Shown: piece by piece, positions 1-12,330 of the stretch
Layout of the letters: the number at the start of each line of letters is the position of its first letter
Position numbering within the stretch: position 1 is the stretch's first letter
NCBI RefSeq assembly: GCF_004010195.1
Contig: NC_057719.1
Coordinates: 67,273,065 to 67,337,064 of the forward strand
Direction of reading: 5' to 3'
DNA from: Chiloscyllium plagiosum
Taxonomy: Eukaryota
Length of the DNA stretch: 64,000 bases
Translations under genes and position numbers: made by a program
The notes under the pieces: model-generated
Told to the model about the DNA's origin: nothing
Database searches by the model: none
Seen by the model: only the letters and a program-made list of their open reading frames with translations

Positions 1-72
1 GCCTTGCTCTGTCTATGCTCCCTGTGATCTGCTTGTACAGCTGTCAAAACAAAGCTTTTCACTGTACTTAAG

Positions 73-182
73 ATTTGGAGATGCCGGTGTTCAACTGGGG
101 TGTACAAAGTTAAAAATCACACAACACCAGGTTATAGTCCAATAGTGTGCTTCCAATTAAACTGGTGTTGTGTGATTTTTAA
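73..182. mobile_element. Penelope-derived fold-back mini-insertion (family B)
   Basis: Perfect 21-bp inverted repeat at 110-130 / 162-182; 13-bp TSD cactgta(c/t)ttaag at 60-72 / 183-195; shares sequence with 11745-11802. Confidence 0.75.
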
Positions 183-211
183 CACTGTATTTAAGTACAT
201 GTGACTACAAT

Positions 212-521
212 GGGGTGGCACGATGGCACAGTGGTTAGCACTGCTGCCTCACAGCGCCAGAGACCTGGGTTCAATTCCCGACTCAGGCGACTGACTGTGT
301 GGAGTTTGTACATTCTCCCCGTGTCTGCTTGGGTTTCCTTCGGGTGCTCCGGTTTCCTCCCACAGTCCAAAGGTGTGCAGGTTAGGTGAATTGGCTATGC
401 TAAATTGCCCGTAGTGTTAGGTAAAGGGGTAAATATAGAGGAATAGGTGGGTTGCGCTTTGGTGGGTCGGTGTGGACTTGTTGGGCCGAAGGGCCTGTTT
501 CCACACTGTAAGTAATCTAAT
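212..521 (+). mobile_element. HE1-type V-SINE, full length
   Basis: tRNA head (tggcacagtgg A box, ggttcaattcc B box), V-core tgtgtggagtttg..cattctcccc..gggtttcc..gggtgctccggtttcctccc, CR1-like tail, TSD ctacaat at 205-211 / 522-528. Confidence 0.92.
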
Positions 522-545
522 CTACAATAAATCAAATCAAATCAT

Positions 546-1230
546 GTGCAAGGGGACTTAGTTGTGCTTGTGAATAATTCATTGAAGGCTAACACATAGG
601 TGCACAGAAATTAGGAAGTATAATAAAATATTATGCTTTATTGCAAAAGGATTTATGTACAAGATGAGTGATATTTTGCTTCAGTGTGGACAGGAGCTTG
701 GTTAGATTGCATCTGAGGTATGGTGTGTAGTTTTCATCTTCTTATCTCATTAAAGGTATCATTGCCATCGAAGGGGTGCAACTACAGTTCACCAGACTTA
801 TTCCTGAGATGGTGGGACTGTCCTATGAAGACAGATTGGGCACACTGGGCTGTCAAAGAATGAGAAGTGATCTCATTGAAATCAAATACTTAAAAGAATT
901 GTCAGGGTATGTGCAGATAAGATGCTTCCCCTGGCTAAGGCATCCAGAACCAGGGGACACAATTCAAAAATAAGGGGATGCTTTTTAGGATCAAACTAAG
1001 GAGAATTCTTTTTATTGAGAGTGATAAAATGTTAGAATTCTCTACCCCAAAGTATTGTGGAAGCTCAATCTTTAGGCTATTTTAAGCAAAGGTTAGTACA
1101 TTTCTGATTACTGATGGGCTATGTGGATATGTAGGGAAAAGGCATTGAAATGTTTGATCAACCATGATCATATTAGATGGCTGAACAGGTTCAACAGGCT
1201 GAATAGCCTATAATTTTCCTAGTTCCCCAT
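546..1230 (+). mobile_element. CR1 LINE 3' fragment, decayed
   Basis: ORF2 C-terminus FTRLIPEMVGLSYEDRL..RMRSDLIE (776-973) followed by a CR1-type 3' UTR. Confidence 0.85.
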
Positions 1231-1359
1231 ATTTCTATCTTCTTACTAACATTCAGTTTGGGTTCTGTAAAGGACCATTTGGTTCCATGCCTTTTTACAG
1301 CCCTTTCGACTGTGGACAAAGAGCTAATTTTAGAGGTGAATGAGATTGCCTTAGCACTG

Positions 1360-2000
1360 TAAAATAGCCCACCACCAACATTCTGTGGCTACAAGAGTAA
1401 GTCAGAGGTTGTGTATTCTCTGATGAGTAACTAACCTCCTAACTCACTACACTTCTCCATCATCTCCAGACACAGGTCAGGAGTGTGCTGGTATGTTCTC
1501 CACTTGTCTAGATAGTGCAGATCCAATTACACTTAAGAAACTCAAACCATTCAGGACAAAACCACTTGCTTAAATGACCCTGTATCCACCACTTTAAACA
1601 TCCATCCCCTCCACCATCACCAGTACACAGTGGCAGCAGTATGTACCATCTGTTACGTGTATTGTAGCAAAATATTAAAGCTCTTTTGACAGCACGTTCC
1701 AAACCCATAACCTCTATCAACTAAGAAGGCTGAGATTAGCAAGTGCTTTGGAATACCATCACCTGTCACATCCCTCTTTAAGTCATACACCATTCTGGCT
1801 TAGAAATATATTACTACTGTTTCACAGTTCCTGGGTTAAAAAAACATTCCTGGAATTCCTTTCCTAGCAGCACTGTTAGTGTATCCATACTACGTAAGCA
1901 TCTATGGTTCAAAAAGGCAGCTTACCTTCTTAAGGGCAAATGAGGATTGGCAATAAATGTTGACCTAACCAACAACACTCAAACCAATGAATGAATAGAT
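1360..2000 (+). mobile_element. 3' part of the second (tRNA-headed) CR1-like LINE family
   Basis: Homologous to 8450-9300 (-) and 29300-29560; ends ggcaataaatgttgacctaacc...atgaatgaata. Confidence 0.75.
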
Positions 2001-3699
2001 AAAAGCGTACAGTTCCCCTCATCTTCTGGATCCTTATCATTGGTTAATTGGTCGGAGTTTTCAAGCGCACAGCTCATTTGGGATTTTCATTAACCATGAA
2101 AATCAGGTTCTGATGACATGAATAATTTATTGATGCACAATGGACAAGGGGTACATGCCATTCAAACTCCTCGATCAGTGATAATGATCAAAGCAGTAAT
2201 GTTTTAAAGCAGCTCACAAAATTGTAGATGAAACAACTGTTTGGTTTTTTTTCTGTGGGGCTCGGCAAGGAGTTAATGATCTTCTTGGACAATAAGAATC
2301 ACCACTGGTTTCCCAACCTTCCATCGCCACCATCATATCTGCCTCCTGAACCTGCTTCAAAGTCGCTCAAATATCCATCCCCTCCGATTAACAAACTGTT
2401 CCAAAACAACTTAACATTGGAAAATCAATGATATAATACTGTGCGAACAGACTGGAGCCTCCTCCATTTGGTAAATGGCAGATATGTTTTGCCTGTTTCT
2501 GTCCTGATGGAAGCAGTCACATGAAATTCTACCACATATTTTTGGCTTCCCAGTTTATGAACAGCAGCACCCTTGACCTCTTTACAGGGCTGTAAGCCAT
2601 TGGCCTAAACTTAACTATAAATAACATTCTGCTTTTATTTCTTCTCACCCTACCATACACTTGGTAGTGTCATCAAATTCCACTGTGAAACATTAACGTC
2701 ATTGCTCTACTGAAAATTACATGAAATTTATGCCTTGGCAACCCATTCTAACACCTGTCTCTTTCATCCTCCACATATTTCTGAAGAATAATCCAAGCCC
2801 ACATATCCATCCCTCCTCACACTTCAGAGCATTAGTCATCGATCACTTTATCCTTTCCAAGCACGAACTCACAGACAGGCTGATCCATTCTGCGGAGAAG
2901 TATAGGGTGAGTCAAAGTGAAGTGCAATGTACAAATTATAAGCAGTTGTGTTTGAAACTTGGGAAGTAAGATGCTACTGTACAGAGAGCCAAGATATGCA
3001 AACATTTGGCTGAAGAATTTTGATTGTAAAATGAGGACACTCATTCTGAAATCATGCTTATGGTTCTGAAGAGCTTCCCCTTTCTTGGACCATATATCAA
3101 TGACAGTTTGATGCAGATTAGGAGCCTTAATTTTACTTCAAAATGGAAAAGCTGGTCACATGTCTGCAGCAGTGAACAAGAGTTCAGTTCCATGATGGTG
3201 TTTCAGTCTCATAAGAAGAAGTAAAAGTCTTAGAATGTGGAGATTGAGTCCATATTACCTGCTCATTCAATAGCAATGGGAGCCTCTGGCATAGCTTTAA
3301 AGCTGCCGGATTAACTTGACATAGCTCACAATTGACAGATGATCTTTATCATGTTTGATGTGTACAAAGTGGGGATTTCCAATGGGAAGAATTGCCATTA
3401 GGAACAAGAACAAAAAATGGTGGGAAAACAGGAACATTGGGTGAGCTTTCTGGGCTTGCCCGAGGGCATGAGAATTAATTGGGAAGGAAGCAAAATTTCT
3501 GTTTCTTAATGGCAGGTTAAACTTTTGCTATTAAGTTCTCTGAGTTTTTCAGATATGTTGGGTTTCCCAACCATAACCATTATAGGCGAGAGTTTGCATT
3601 TATTAGCATGTTATAAATTCTCAATAATGCTCTAGATCACTGCAATTAAATTCATGGGCACAATTTTGTTAGACAAAAAGAGAGAGACAGAGATGAAGG

Positions 3700-4035
3700 G
3701 AAGCCTTTGGCCTAGTAGTCTAGTCTACTATCACTAGACTAGTAATTCCAAAGTATAGGTAATGTCCTGAGGACCCAGGTTTGAATTCTGCCGCAGCGGA
3801 TGGTGGAATTTGAATTCAATTAAAAAGTATCTCGAATTAAGAATCTACTGATGAAACCATTGTCAGGAAAAAACCCATCTCAATCACTAATATCCTTCTG
3901 GGAAGGAAATCTGGCATCCTCATGTGGCCGATGTGTGACTCCAGAGCAATATGGCTGACTCTCAACCTCCCTCTGAATTGGCCTAGCAAGCCACTCACCA
4001 CCATCTTCTCCAGGGCAACTAAAGAATCCATGAAC
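3700..4035 (+). mobile_element. tRNA-derived SINE built from the 5' and 3' ends of the tRNA-headed LINE
   Basis: A box tggcctagtag, B box ggtttgaattc, body ggaaggaaatctg..gtgactccaga, then a jump to LINE tail caccaccatcttctccagggcaac. Confidence 0.8.
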
Positions 4036-4815
4036 ATTAAAGATGATTAAAGTCCAATAGTTTTGGAGTGTCCTGACAGGATAATCACTGGAAGCCTATC
4101 TGTCATTCTTCCTCCTAGTTGGCCAATGACACCTTGCTAACCCCTTGAGGGAATAGGTATCTAGAATTAGGTCAAGGTCCTTTGATTCCCTCCTGCTGAA
4201 CCAATGACTAAAAGCATCGATGGGTCAAGTGATGGCATGAAGGTCTGAATGCATACCTAGTGGATCATGACTGTTTTGTTGAACTGCACTCTCCAGTTGC
4301 CATCACCTAATCTACAGAGGCAACCATGTGCTTGTGTGCCAAAGCCATTACATCAGGCAGAACGTGTGCAGACTCCGCTACCATTTACTTTATTCAATGC
4401 AAAGTGCCTGGTATCTCTGCCAGATAGTTCACTGTCTGACTCTATATCTTGTCATCTCAACCATGATCAAGCCCGTAGGCTCATCGTCTGTACTAGACTT
4501 GGCAAGGGGCTTTTCTCCACCAGTCTTCAGAGTGCCACTTTAGTCATTTCTTCCAACTCTTGTTGTAGATCTGTGTTAGTGCTGTGTTCACAGAAGCCTA
4601 TTCCAGATACATTACTCATTGAAGTCTTTTGGTGGTGGAAGGTGGGATGAACATCAGACTACTGCATCCTCTGAAGATCCTGGCTGTTCCTCCTTAGAAA
4701 TACTTTCTATGGGACTGGGAGACATGGACTTTATGGCTGGCTTTATTCTTGTTTAGGTCTGTGTTTTAAAAGCTAGAGAGATAAACATAAAAATTATTTG
4801 GTCAGACAGAAACTG

Positions 4816-5535
4816 AGTACTGCTGAAATAAGTCATTTTTTCATTTCACATTCAACCGTTCACAAGAAATGCCAAAGTAAAGGGAAAACAACATTTATTA
4901 TTTTTTATTTTTTTATATCTCTTTTTTCCCCCCACACTACCGCCTAACTGCGGTAGTGCTTATTGTTATTTATTTTCCCCCAGCATCCATGTTGTGTCTG
5001 TGCAGGTGTGAGACACAGTGAAAGACACAAGGTGCACAAATCTTTATTCAGTTTCCACCACCAGGAAGAAAAGAAACACCCAAGTGGCCAGTGACAAGCA
5101 GTGCCCTTCACATCAAAGGGCAATGCTGCGTGATCAAACAGTGAGGGGGAGGTCAGGGGTTAAATCAAAATAGAATTGGACGGGGAAATAATTCACTCCA
5201 CTCCCCGCGGCGCCCACCTCTCCCTGAACAACTCCAGGGTGTTGGTGGACTGCGCATGCTCATTTTCCAGAGACACCCAGGTGCTAACATAACAAAAACA
5301 ACATTTATAGTGTATGAAAGGAGAACTCTGAGTGATGGTTGTTAATTGTGCAATGATTGTGCAATTGTTCCAGGCAATACCTTTATCAATCAGACTCCAC
5401 TGGTGAACCAATCAGCACTCTCCTCTCATTCAGTATAAATGTTGATTTCCCCTTACTGCAGCACTCTTGCAAATTTGTCTGATGACTGCAAGACAAAAAG
5501 TTTCAACAAAATGTGTCACTTTTCATCAATACGTA
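4816..5535. mobile_element. Old Penelope-derived fold-back element (family D), interrupted by a Tx1 insertion
   Basis: Left arm (cacaag..gggaaaacaacatttatagtgtatgaaaggaga) is an inverted copy of the right arm (ctcctctcattcagtataaatgttgatttcccc..cttg); the right arm matches the 3' end of the PLE at 55180-55280 and has a degenerate CTGATGA core. Confidence 0.6.
4899..5294 (-). mobile_element. 5'-truncated Tx1-clade (L1 group) LINE
   Basis: ORF2 C-terminus VSLENEHAQSTNTLELFRERWAPRGVE, T-rich (poly-A) tail at 4899-4927, 14-bp TSD aaaacaacatttat at 4885-4898 / 5295-5308. Confidence 0.8.
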
Positions 5536-7169
5536 AATTTGTTATTGTTACAATATGCCATCCTTATCCTTATTCATTAAAGTGTTGATAATTGATGTAT
5601 AGCTGGCAGTAACTGCTTGGAAACTTTCTCATAAGACTGATAGACATTTCCAATCTCCCTTTCAGTATATGCATGTTCCCCTTTGCTTGTCTTCCAAGCT
5701 CAGCAGCTCATTCCTCCAAGGAGGAGCTGTCTGTCAGGCATCTCCTGCCCTATCTGAACACATTCATGCTGGTTATGTACATTCATTTCCTGCAGAAGAA
5801 TGAAAGCATTAAGGGACATTAGCATGGTACACGTCCAGTATGCTGGAATTGATGAATATAGACAGAAATGTGAATTCCCAGATTGCCCTTGCATTTTATT
5901 TGCAAGACGAACATGGTCTAGGGGACGTTAAGAATTAAGATTCAAAATGAAAGGTGATTCAGTGTATTCAGAAAGCTAGAATAATGTATGCCTGATATAC
6001 ATGTGAGTTGTTCATTCTGAAGCCATATTTTAAGATGTCCTTGTCTCATGCAAGCCTTTGGCAAAATGTAATGTCATGCATATATTCTCCTAGTTGTAAA
6101 GAAAGCCGAGTGAGCTGGTGTGGCATGCGTTACTGAATGTTCCAGCTCCTTTTTAAGCTTAAATGTGAAACCAGTAGATGGGAGAAAGGCAATCACAATA
6201 AACTACAAGAGGTACGAACATAGATAGGTGCAATTAAGTGACAGATATTGATTCAATGTGACCCAATTTAGTGTATGTCAGAATTGTGCAGTGGCAAGTG
6301 CACAATGCCAACTTAGAGGAGAAGAAAGCATTAAGCTGACATTGGCATTTACCCTGGCAGTGTGCAAGAGACCATTTTCCTGCAACATTGATTCTAGTCT
6401 CTCATGATGCTTCCACAGTTACTAACCTCCACGGCTACCTCCAGGCTACCTTCATGTCTCAGAACTGCCATTTGTTGCCATTTCATGGAAACAGCAAACC
6501 CCTTTTTTCTCAGATAGCCCTGCAGGAGAACCTTTAGATATGTGTGCATAAGTGTGAGACTTACATTTTTGCAGCAGTTTAATGGCTTTTTTTTCAGATT
6601 TCCAGCATTCAGGGAATGTTCCCACCAGGAAGTACATTGTCAGGGTCTCAGACCCTAGCTTGGTTTCTCATCATAAGAAGGACTTCAGTGATTTTTGTCA
6701 AACCTGCAGTGAGTCCCAAGATTGCCAACGATATCCATAAGTGATCAATTTGCCTTCAACTTCTGGCTTGATAAATGGATTTCCACAAACTATGCCATTT
6801 AAATAATGGTTCACATTCCCAAGTACAGCTGGATAACAATAGTCCCAGGCTCTAGGACAGATTATATCACATCTCATTCCAACTCTACCATCCATGTATA
6901 TCTACCACTGCGACCACACCACTTCTCCAGTAAACTTTGATGATCAACAGAATTTATTTCAGAACCTGACTGCAGCAGAGCCTTCGAGCGAGTCAGTCAC
7001 ATGAGATATTGCATGTCTTGCAAAGTTACAAATCCTGGTTTAACACATTCCAACACAAAGGAATTTCAGTGTCAATACTTTTCAACCAAGGGGCTTTGAC
7101 ATTTTTAAACATCCTATTGCCTCTTCCTTTATATAAAGGGTGTTAATTTGGATTGCTTTGCTGGCTTCG

Positions 7170-7560
7170 TGAGTCAGCCATGGTTCAGCACTCTCATCTG
7201 TGAGTCACAAGGTTCTGGATTCTGGAGTCTCACTCCAGAGCTTGGGAACAAAAATAACCAGCACATTGCTGACGGCATGCTACAATGTGAAGGAGCTGAC
7301 TTTTAGATGAGACACTAAACTGAAGATCCAGGTGGATGTAAAAAGATCCCATGACGGTATTTCAAAAAAGAGCAGGAAGCCATTCCTGGTATTTTGTCCT
7401 CGCATCCTGTTTATCTGGAAGTTTGCTGTATGTGTAACTTGGCTGCTGCATTTCCTTCTTCACAACAATGACAACATTTCAAAGGTACTTCATTTGCCAT
7501 AAAGTACTTTGAGGAGGTTGCGAAAAGCACTATAGAAATGCAAGTCTTTCTTTCCCTTTC
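7170..7560 (+). mobile_element. DeuSINE (SacSINE1-like)
   Basis: Deu-domain cttttagatgagacactaaactga..caggtggatgtaaaaagatcccatg..aagagcagg and tail cactatagaaatgcaagtctttctttc. Confidence 0.8.
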
Positions 7561-8697
7561 TGTATTTAAAAGTTTTTGAAAAATGGTAACCAGTAATTGT
7601 CTGGAAAATGCTTCAGTTTCAGAGAGGAACATTTTTACCAAAGTTGCCATTAATCATAGACATTTCTCTAGATGGAGCTCTATTTTGCTTGCACAGCCTT
7701 TTTGCATTTCAACTAAAAATTGTCCAAAACATGGCTATATACATTCTTTGCTACTAAGTCTATCTTGTTCATCAGCCTAGGTCTGAGTTCCATCTGACTC
7801 CCTGATTCCTTGGTGCTGAAGTTTTAAGACTTCCTCTGAAATCTCCTATTTTTTTGAATTTGAATTGCTCCTTGTGTCTGTAACTACCTTTACTTTTCTT
7901 TGAGGGTGTTGGAGATAAATTCAACTGAGGCATTTGGAAATTGGATTACTATCTGACAAAAAGAACAATGTGCAGGGCTACAGGGAGTGGCACTAGGTAA
8001 CTTGCTCCTTCAGAGGGTCAGCACAGAAATGATAGGTTGAACAGCCTTTGCCTGTGCTGTAACCATTCTGTCATTCCCTGTTTTAATGTTCCTGTGACAT
8101 GCTTTGGAACCTTTCATTACCTAAAGTCACTATGTAAAAAGTTGCTGGAGTTATGGTGCAATGTAGTTACACCAGGTCATTCAGCAAAGAGAATGATTAA
8201 AACAAATATCTTACAGATGTTGATTATTCAAATCAATGATATGGCAATGCAGTTACCAGCAATCAAATAAAGAAATTACTATTCAGATTGCACAGGATAT
8301 ATACATATATTTCCTGATCGGTATATAAAGACAGAAACGATGTCCAAGATCTTTTACATATTGAAAAAAAAGTAACTAAGTTTGTAATATTGTGAAGGTT
8401 ACTTTTGATGTTATGAGTGAAAACTGAGAAAATTATTAGCTATTTTTGTTTTATTCACTCATTGCATGTGAACACCGCATGACAGGGCCAGCATTTATTG
8501 CCCGTTCTTAGTTGCCCTATGACAGGGTGCCAGTTAGCTGCCTTCCTGAACCCCTGCGGTCCATGTGCTGGAGGTTGACTCACAGTACCCTTCAGAAGGA
8601 CTTTTTCAGGACTTTGATCCAGCAACAGTGAAGGAATGGTGATATATTTCCAAGTCAGAATGGGGAGTGGCTTGGAGGGGAACTTGCAAGTGATGGT

Positions 8698-8910
8698 TGT
8701 AATAACTCCACAGAGGCCAGTATCTAATCACCAAGTCACCCTTTATTTACACATGCATAGCACTTGACACCTGCTCTGGCTTCTGAGTGAACAGAACCTC
8801 TGACACTCCTGTTTATATTTGTCAGCCAGGTTTCCCTGATTGAACCAGGGCAACAGGTCTAATCAGGAATTCGTATTCTATGACATCCACCTAGCTGACC
8901 TCATTACAAC
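8698..8910 (-). mobile_element. Probable solo LTR
   Basis: About 210-bp insert interrupting the LINE; begins tgtaataactcc; AATAAA and a TATA-like motif on the minus strand; second copy at 37610-37835. Confidence 0.6.
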
Positions 8911-9847
8911 CATATATCTGCTGCCCTTGTCCTTCCAGATAAAAGTAGTAATTGGTTTAGAATGTGCTGTCTAAGGATCTTTGGTGAATTTCTGTAGTGT
9001 ATCTATTAGACCATACACACTGCTGTTACTGAGCATTAGTAATGGTGGGATGGATGTTTGTGGATGTGGTGCCAATCAAGTAGATGGTGTAAAGTTTCTT
9101 GAGTGTTGTTGGAGCTGCACCCATCCAGGCAAGTAGGGAGTATTCCATCACACTCCTGACTTGTGCCTTATAGATGGTGGACAGGTGTTGGGTAGTCAGA
9201 AGGTGAGTTACTCACTGCAGTATTCCTAGCCTCTGACCTGCTATTGTAGCCACTGAGTTTATGTGGCAAGTCCAGCTTAGTTTCTGGCCATTGGTAACTC
9301 CCAGGATGTTGATAGTGGAGCATTCAGTGATGGCAACACCACTGAACATCAAGCAGTGGCAGTTAGATTGTCTTTTATTGGAGATATTCATTTCCTGACA
9401 TTTATGTGGCATGAATCTTACTTAACACTTGTCAGCCCAGGTCTGGATATTGTCCAGATCTTACTGCATTTGAATATGGACTGTTTCAGCATCTGAGGAG
9501 TCGTGAATGGTGTTGAACATTGTGTAATCATCAGTGAACATCCCCATGTCTGACCTCATGATGGAGGTCATGAGGTCAGACTATTTATGAAGCAGCTGAA
9601 GGTAGTTAGGCACAGGACACTGCATCTGGATGGGATGCTCTTTGGAGGTTGGTGCAGATGGGCCGAATGGCCTCTTTCCACACTGTAGGGTTTCAAACAT
9701 TCCAACCTTCAAACACTATCCCGAAGAATGCCTGCAGAGATGTCCTGGATCTGAAATGACTCACCTTCAACAACCACACCTATCTTCCTATGTGCCAGGT
9801 ATGACTCCAACCAGTGGAGAATTTGCCCCAATACCCATTGTTTCCAG

Positions 9848-10197
9848 GCAAAAGTGAGGACTGCAGATGCTGGAAACCAGAGTTTAGATCAGAGTGGTGC
9901 TGGAAAAGCACAGCAGGTCAGGCAGTATCCAAGGAGATTGGCAGGTAGGACAGGTCATGAGGACCGTGCTAAGCTGGAAGGTTAGAACTGGGGTAAGGTT
10001 GGGGGAGGAGAAATGAGGAAACTGGTGAAATCCACATTGATGCCCTGGGTTTGAAATGTTCTGAGGCGGAAGATGAGGCGTTCTTCCTCCAGGCGTTGGG
10101 TGGTGATGCAGCGGCGGTGGAGGAAGCTCAGGATCTGCATGTTCTCAGCAGAGTGGGAAGGGGAGTTGAAATGTTGGGCCACAGGACGGTGGGGTTG
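9848..10197 (-). mobile_element. Penelope-like element fragment (GIY-YIG C-terminus plus pLTR end, family A)
   Basis: AQHFNSPSHS..RLEEERLIFRLRTFQTQGINVDF (9982-10182); terminal aaagtgaggactgcagatgctgg. Confidence 0.88.
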
Positions 10198-11334
10198 CAG
10201 TTTTGCTCGGGCTCGTGGATGTCACACGTGGTCGAATATGGCCTTGATGTCAAAGGCAGCCACTCTCACCTCACCTTTGGCACTCAGCTCCTTTATCAAT
10301 GTTAGAACCAAGGCTGTAATGAGGTCAGTAGCTGTAACCCCTGGCAGAACCCAAACAGGGTGACACTGAGCAGGTTATTGCTGAGCAGGGGCTGCTTGAT
10401 AGCACTGTTGGTGACACCGTCCATCACTTTACTGATGATCGAGATTATACTGATGGGACGGTAATTGGGCTGGGTTAGATTTGTCCTGCTTTTGGTGTAC
10501 AGGATATACACATTTTCCACATTGTTGGGTAAATGGTTGTCTTGTAATGTACTAGAAGAGCTTCTCTGGAGGAGCAGCAAATCATGCAGCACAAGGCTTC
10601 TGTATTCTTGCCATGATATTGACAAGGCCCACAATATTCAGTGCCTCTAACCATTTCTTGATATCACATGGAGTGAATTGAATTGGCTAAAGGGTCGTAT
10701 CTGTGATGCTGACAACCACTGGAGGAGGCCGAGATGGATCATCCACTTGGCACTTCTGCTTCAGCCTTATCTTTTGAGCTGATGTGCTGGTCTTGCCCTT
10801 TTACTGAGAATGGGATATTTATGGAGCCCCTTGCTCCAGTGAGTTGTTTAATTGCCCACCACCATTTATGACTGGATGCGGCAGTGTGGAACAAGTAGAA
10901 ATAGTTACACTTAAACTATACTATTTATAAGACAGGAATTGGGCAGGGATGGAGTGAGTCGTAGGTCAAAACCCAGAGATTTAAATCTGAGTCAATTCTG
11001 TCACAGACTATCTGTACATGCCTGCCTTAAAAATGACAGGCAGATTGTTAGGTAATAGGCTGGAACCAAAGAATCTGGTCCCTGGGTAAGTTCAGAAGCA
11101 ATGTTATTGTAAGGTCTTGCTTTCAGAAAAGAAGGGAATGCTCAGGACTCTGGACCTTCTATAGAAGCCGTTTTTAAAATTAAAAACAAAACTTGTTTAG
11201 GTCACTTCTGCCCCAAGATCCTCTTTCCGCATTTTCTAACTAATAGGAAAGCTGAGATCACTTCTTCATTCAGGTCACGGTCACAATTATTCAAAAAGAA
11301 AAAGGGGGCATGCGTAAGGCTCAGGAATAACTTG

Positions 11335-12330
11335 GGGGAGAATGTAGTGTAGGCCTGATTAGTAAGTTTGAGGAGGAGCTATGAATAGTGAGAAGGATTC
11401 CTAGAGGATAAGTCAGGAGATTGATAGGCTAGAGACTTGGGTGAAGATGGAGTTTAATCCAGCCAAATGCAAGGTGATGCATTTTGGAAGATCTAATGGA
11501 AGAGGGAAATATACAATAAATAGCAGAACCCTGAGTAACATCAACGTACACAGGGATCTAGGTGGACAGGTCCACAATTCCATGAAAGTGGCAATTCAAG
11601 TGGATGAGATGGTCAAGAAGACATTTAGCATGCTAGCCTTCATCATTCAGGGCAGAGAGTATAAACGTTAGAAAGTCATGTGGCAGCTGCATAGAACTTT
11701 AGTTAGACCACATTTGGAATATTGATGAAGGAGAGGCGCACCAAAAGCTAGTGCTTCCAATTAAACCTGTTGGACTATAACCTGGTGTTGTGTGATTTTT
11801 AATTCATACAGTTCTAGTTGCCACACTGCAGGAAGAATGTGGATGCTTTGGGGAGGGTCTAGAAAGGTTTTATCAGGATATTGTCTGATTTGGAAGGTAT
11901 TAACTATGAGGAGAGATTAATCAATGTTGATTTGTTTTTACTTGAATATTGAAGGTTAAGCGGTGACTTGAAAGAAGTTTATGAAATTATGAGAGGTATG
12001 GATAGAATGGATAGTTGGAATCCTTTTCCCAAGGCAGAAATATCAAATACTTGGGCACAGAGGTTTGAGCTAATAAAGTTTAAGTTTAAAGGAGATGTGA
12101 AAGGTAAGATTTTTACACAGACGCCTACAATGTGCAGTCAGAGGAGGTGGTGGAGGCAGATACAATGGCAACGTTTAAGAGGCATCTTGACAGATATATG
12201 AATAGACAGGGAATAGAGGGATACAGACCGCAGAGAGGCAAAAGGTTTTCAGTTTTAAAAAGGCATCATGAGTCGGTGCCGTCTTGATGGGCTGAAGGGT
12301 CTGTTCCTGTGCTGTATTGTTCTTTCTCTT
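11335..12330 (+). mobile_element. CR1 LINE 3' fragment
   Basis: MEFNPAKCKVMHFGRSN..RDLG (11441-11671), EVYEIMRGMDR, tail gggctgaagggtctgttcctgtgctgta. Confidence 0.9.
11723..11802 (+). mobile_element. Penelope pLTR fragment (family B) with a decayed hammerhead core
   Basis: tgatgaaggagaggcgcaccaaaagctagtg followed by the same ctggtgttgtgtgatttttaa seen at 162-182; interrupts CR1. Confidence 0.65.

Larger units (their letters stand above)
1..545 (+). mobile_element. 3' end of a Rex1/Babar-type LINE, split by two later insertions (73-182 and 212-521)
   Basis: aaagcttttcactgtac...gtacatgtgac..caataaatcaaatcaaatca matches the tail of the Rex1/Babar copy at 59002-59050. Confidence 0.7.
8450..10885 (-). 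mobile_element. CR1-like LINE (tRNA-headed family), RT and 3' portion with nested insertions
   Basis: RT motif NYRPISIISIISKVMDGV..FGFCQG (10302-10634), ILGVT..KLSWTCHINSVATIAGQRLGIL (9212-9412), tail gggcaataaatgctggccc at about 8485-8503. Confidence 0.88.

Noticed and set aside
212..285. tRNA gene
   Set aside because: A and B boxes continue into the V-SINE core and tail; this is a SINE head, as are the other copies
2300..2400. Minus-strand Gly-rich exon (LLIGGDGYLSDFEAGSGGRYDGGDG)
   Set aside because: Weak splice signals and no recognisable homology
4925..4960. U1 snRNA 3' fragment (ggtagtg..ggggg on the minus strand)
   Set aside because: Only a few matching bases; no Sm site or other U1 sequence
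8691..8700. Shared tgatggt upstream of both solo LTR copies as a target-site preference
   Set aside because: Only two copies, LTR edges are uncertain, and the bases fit the host elements
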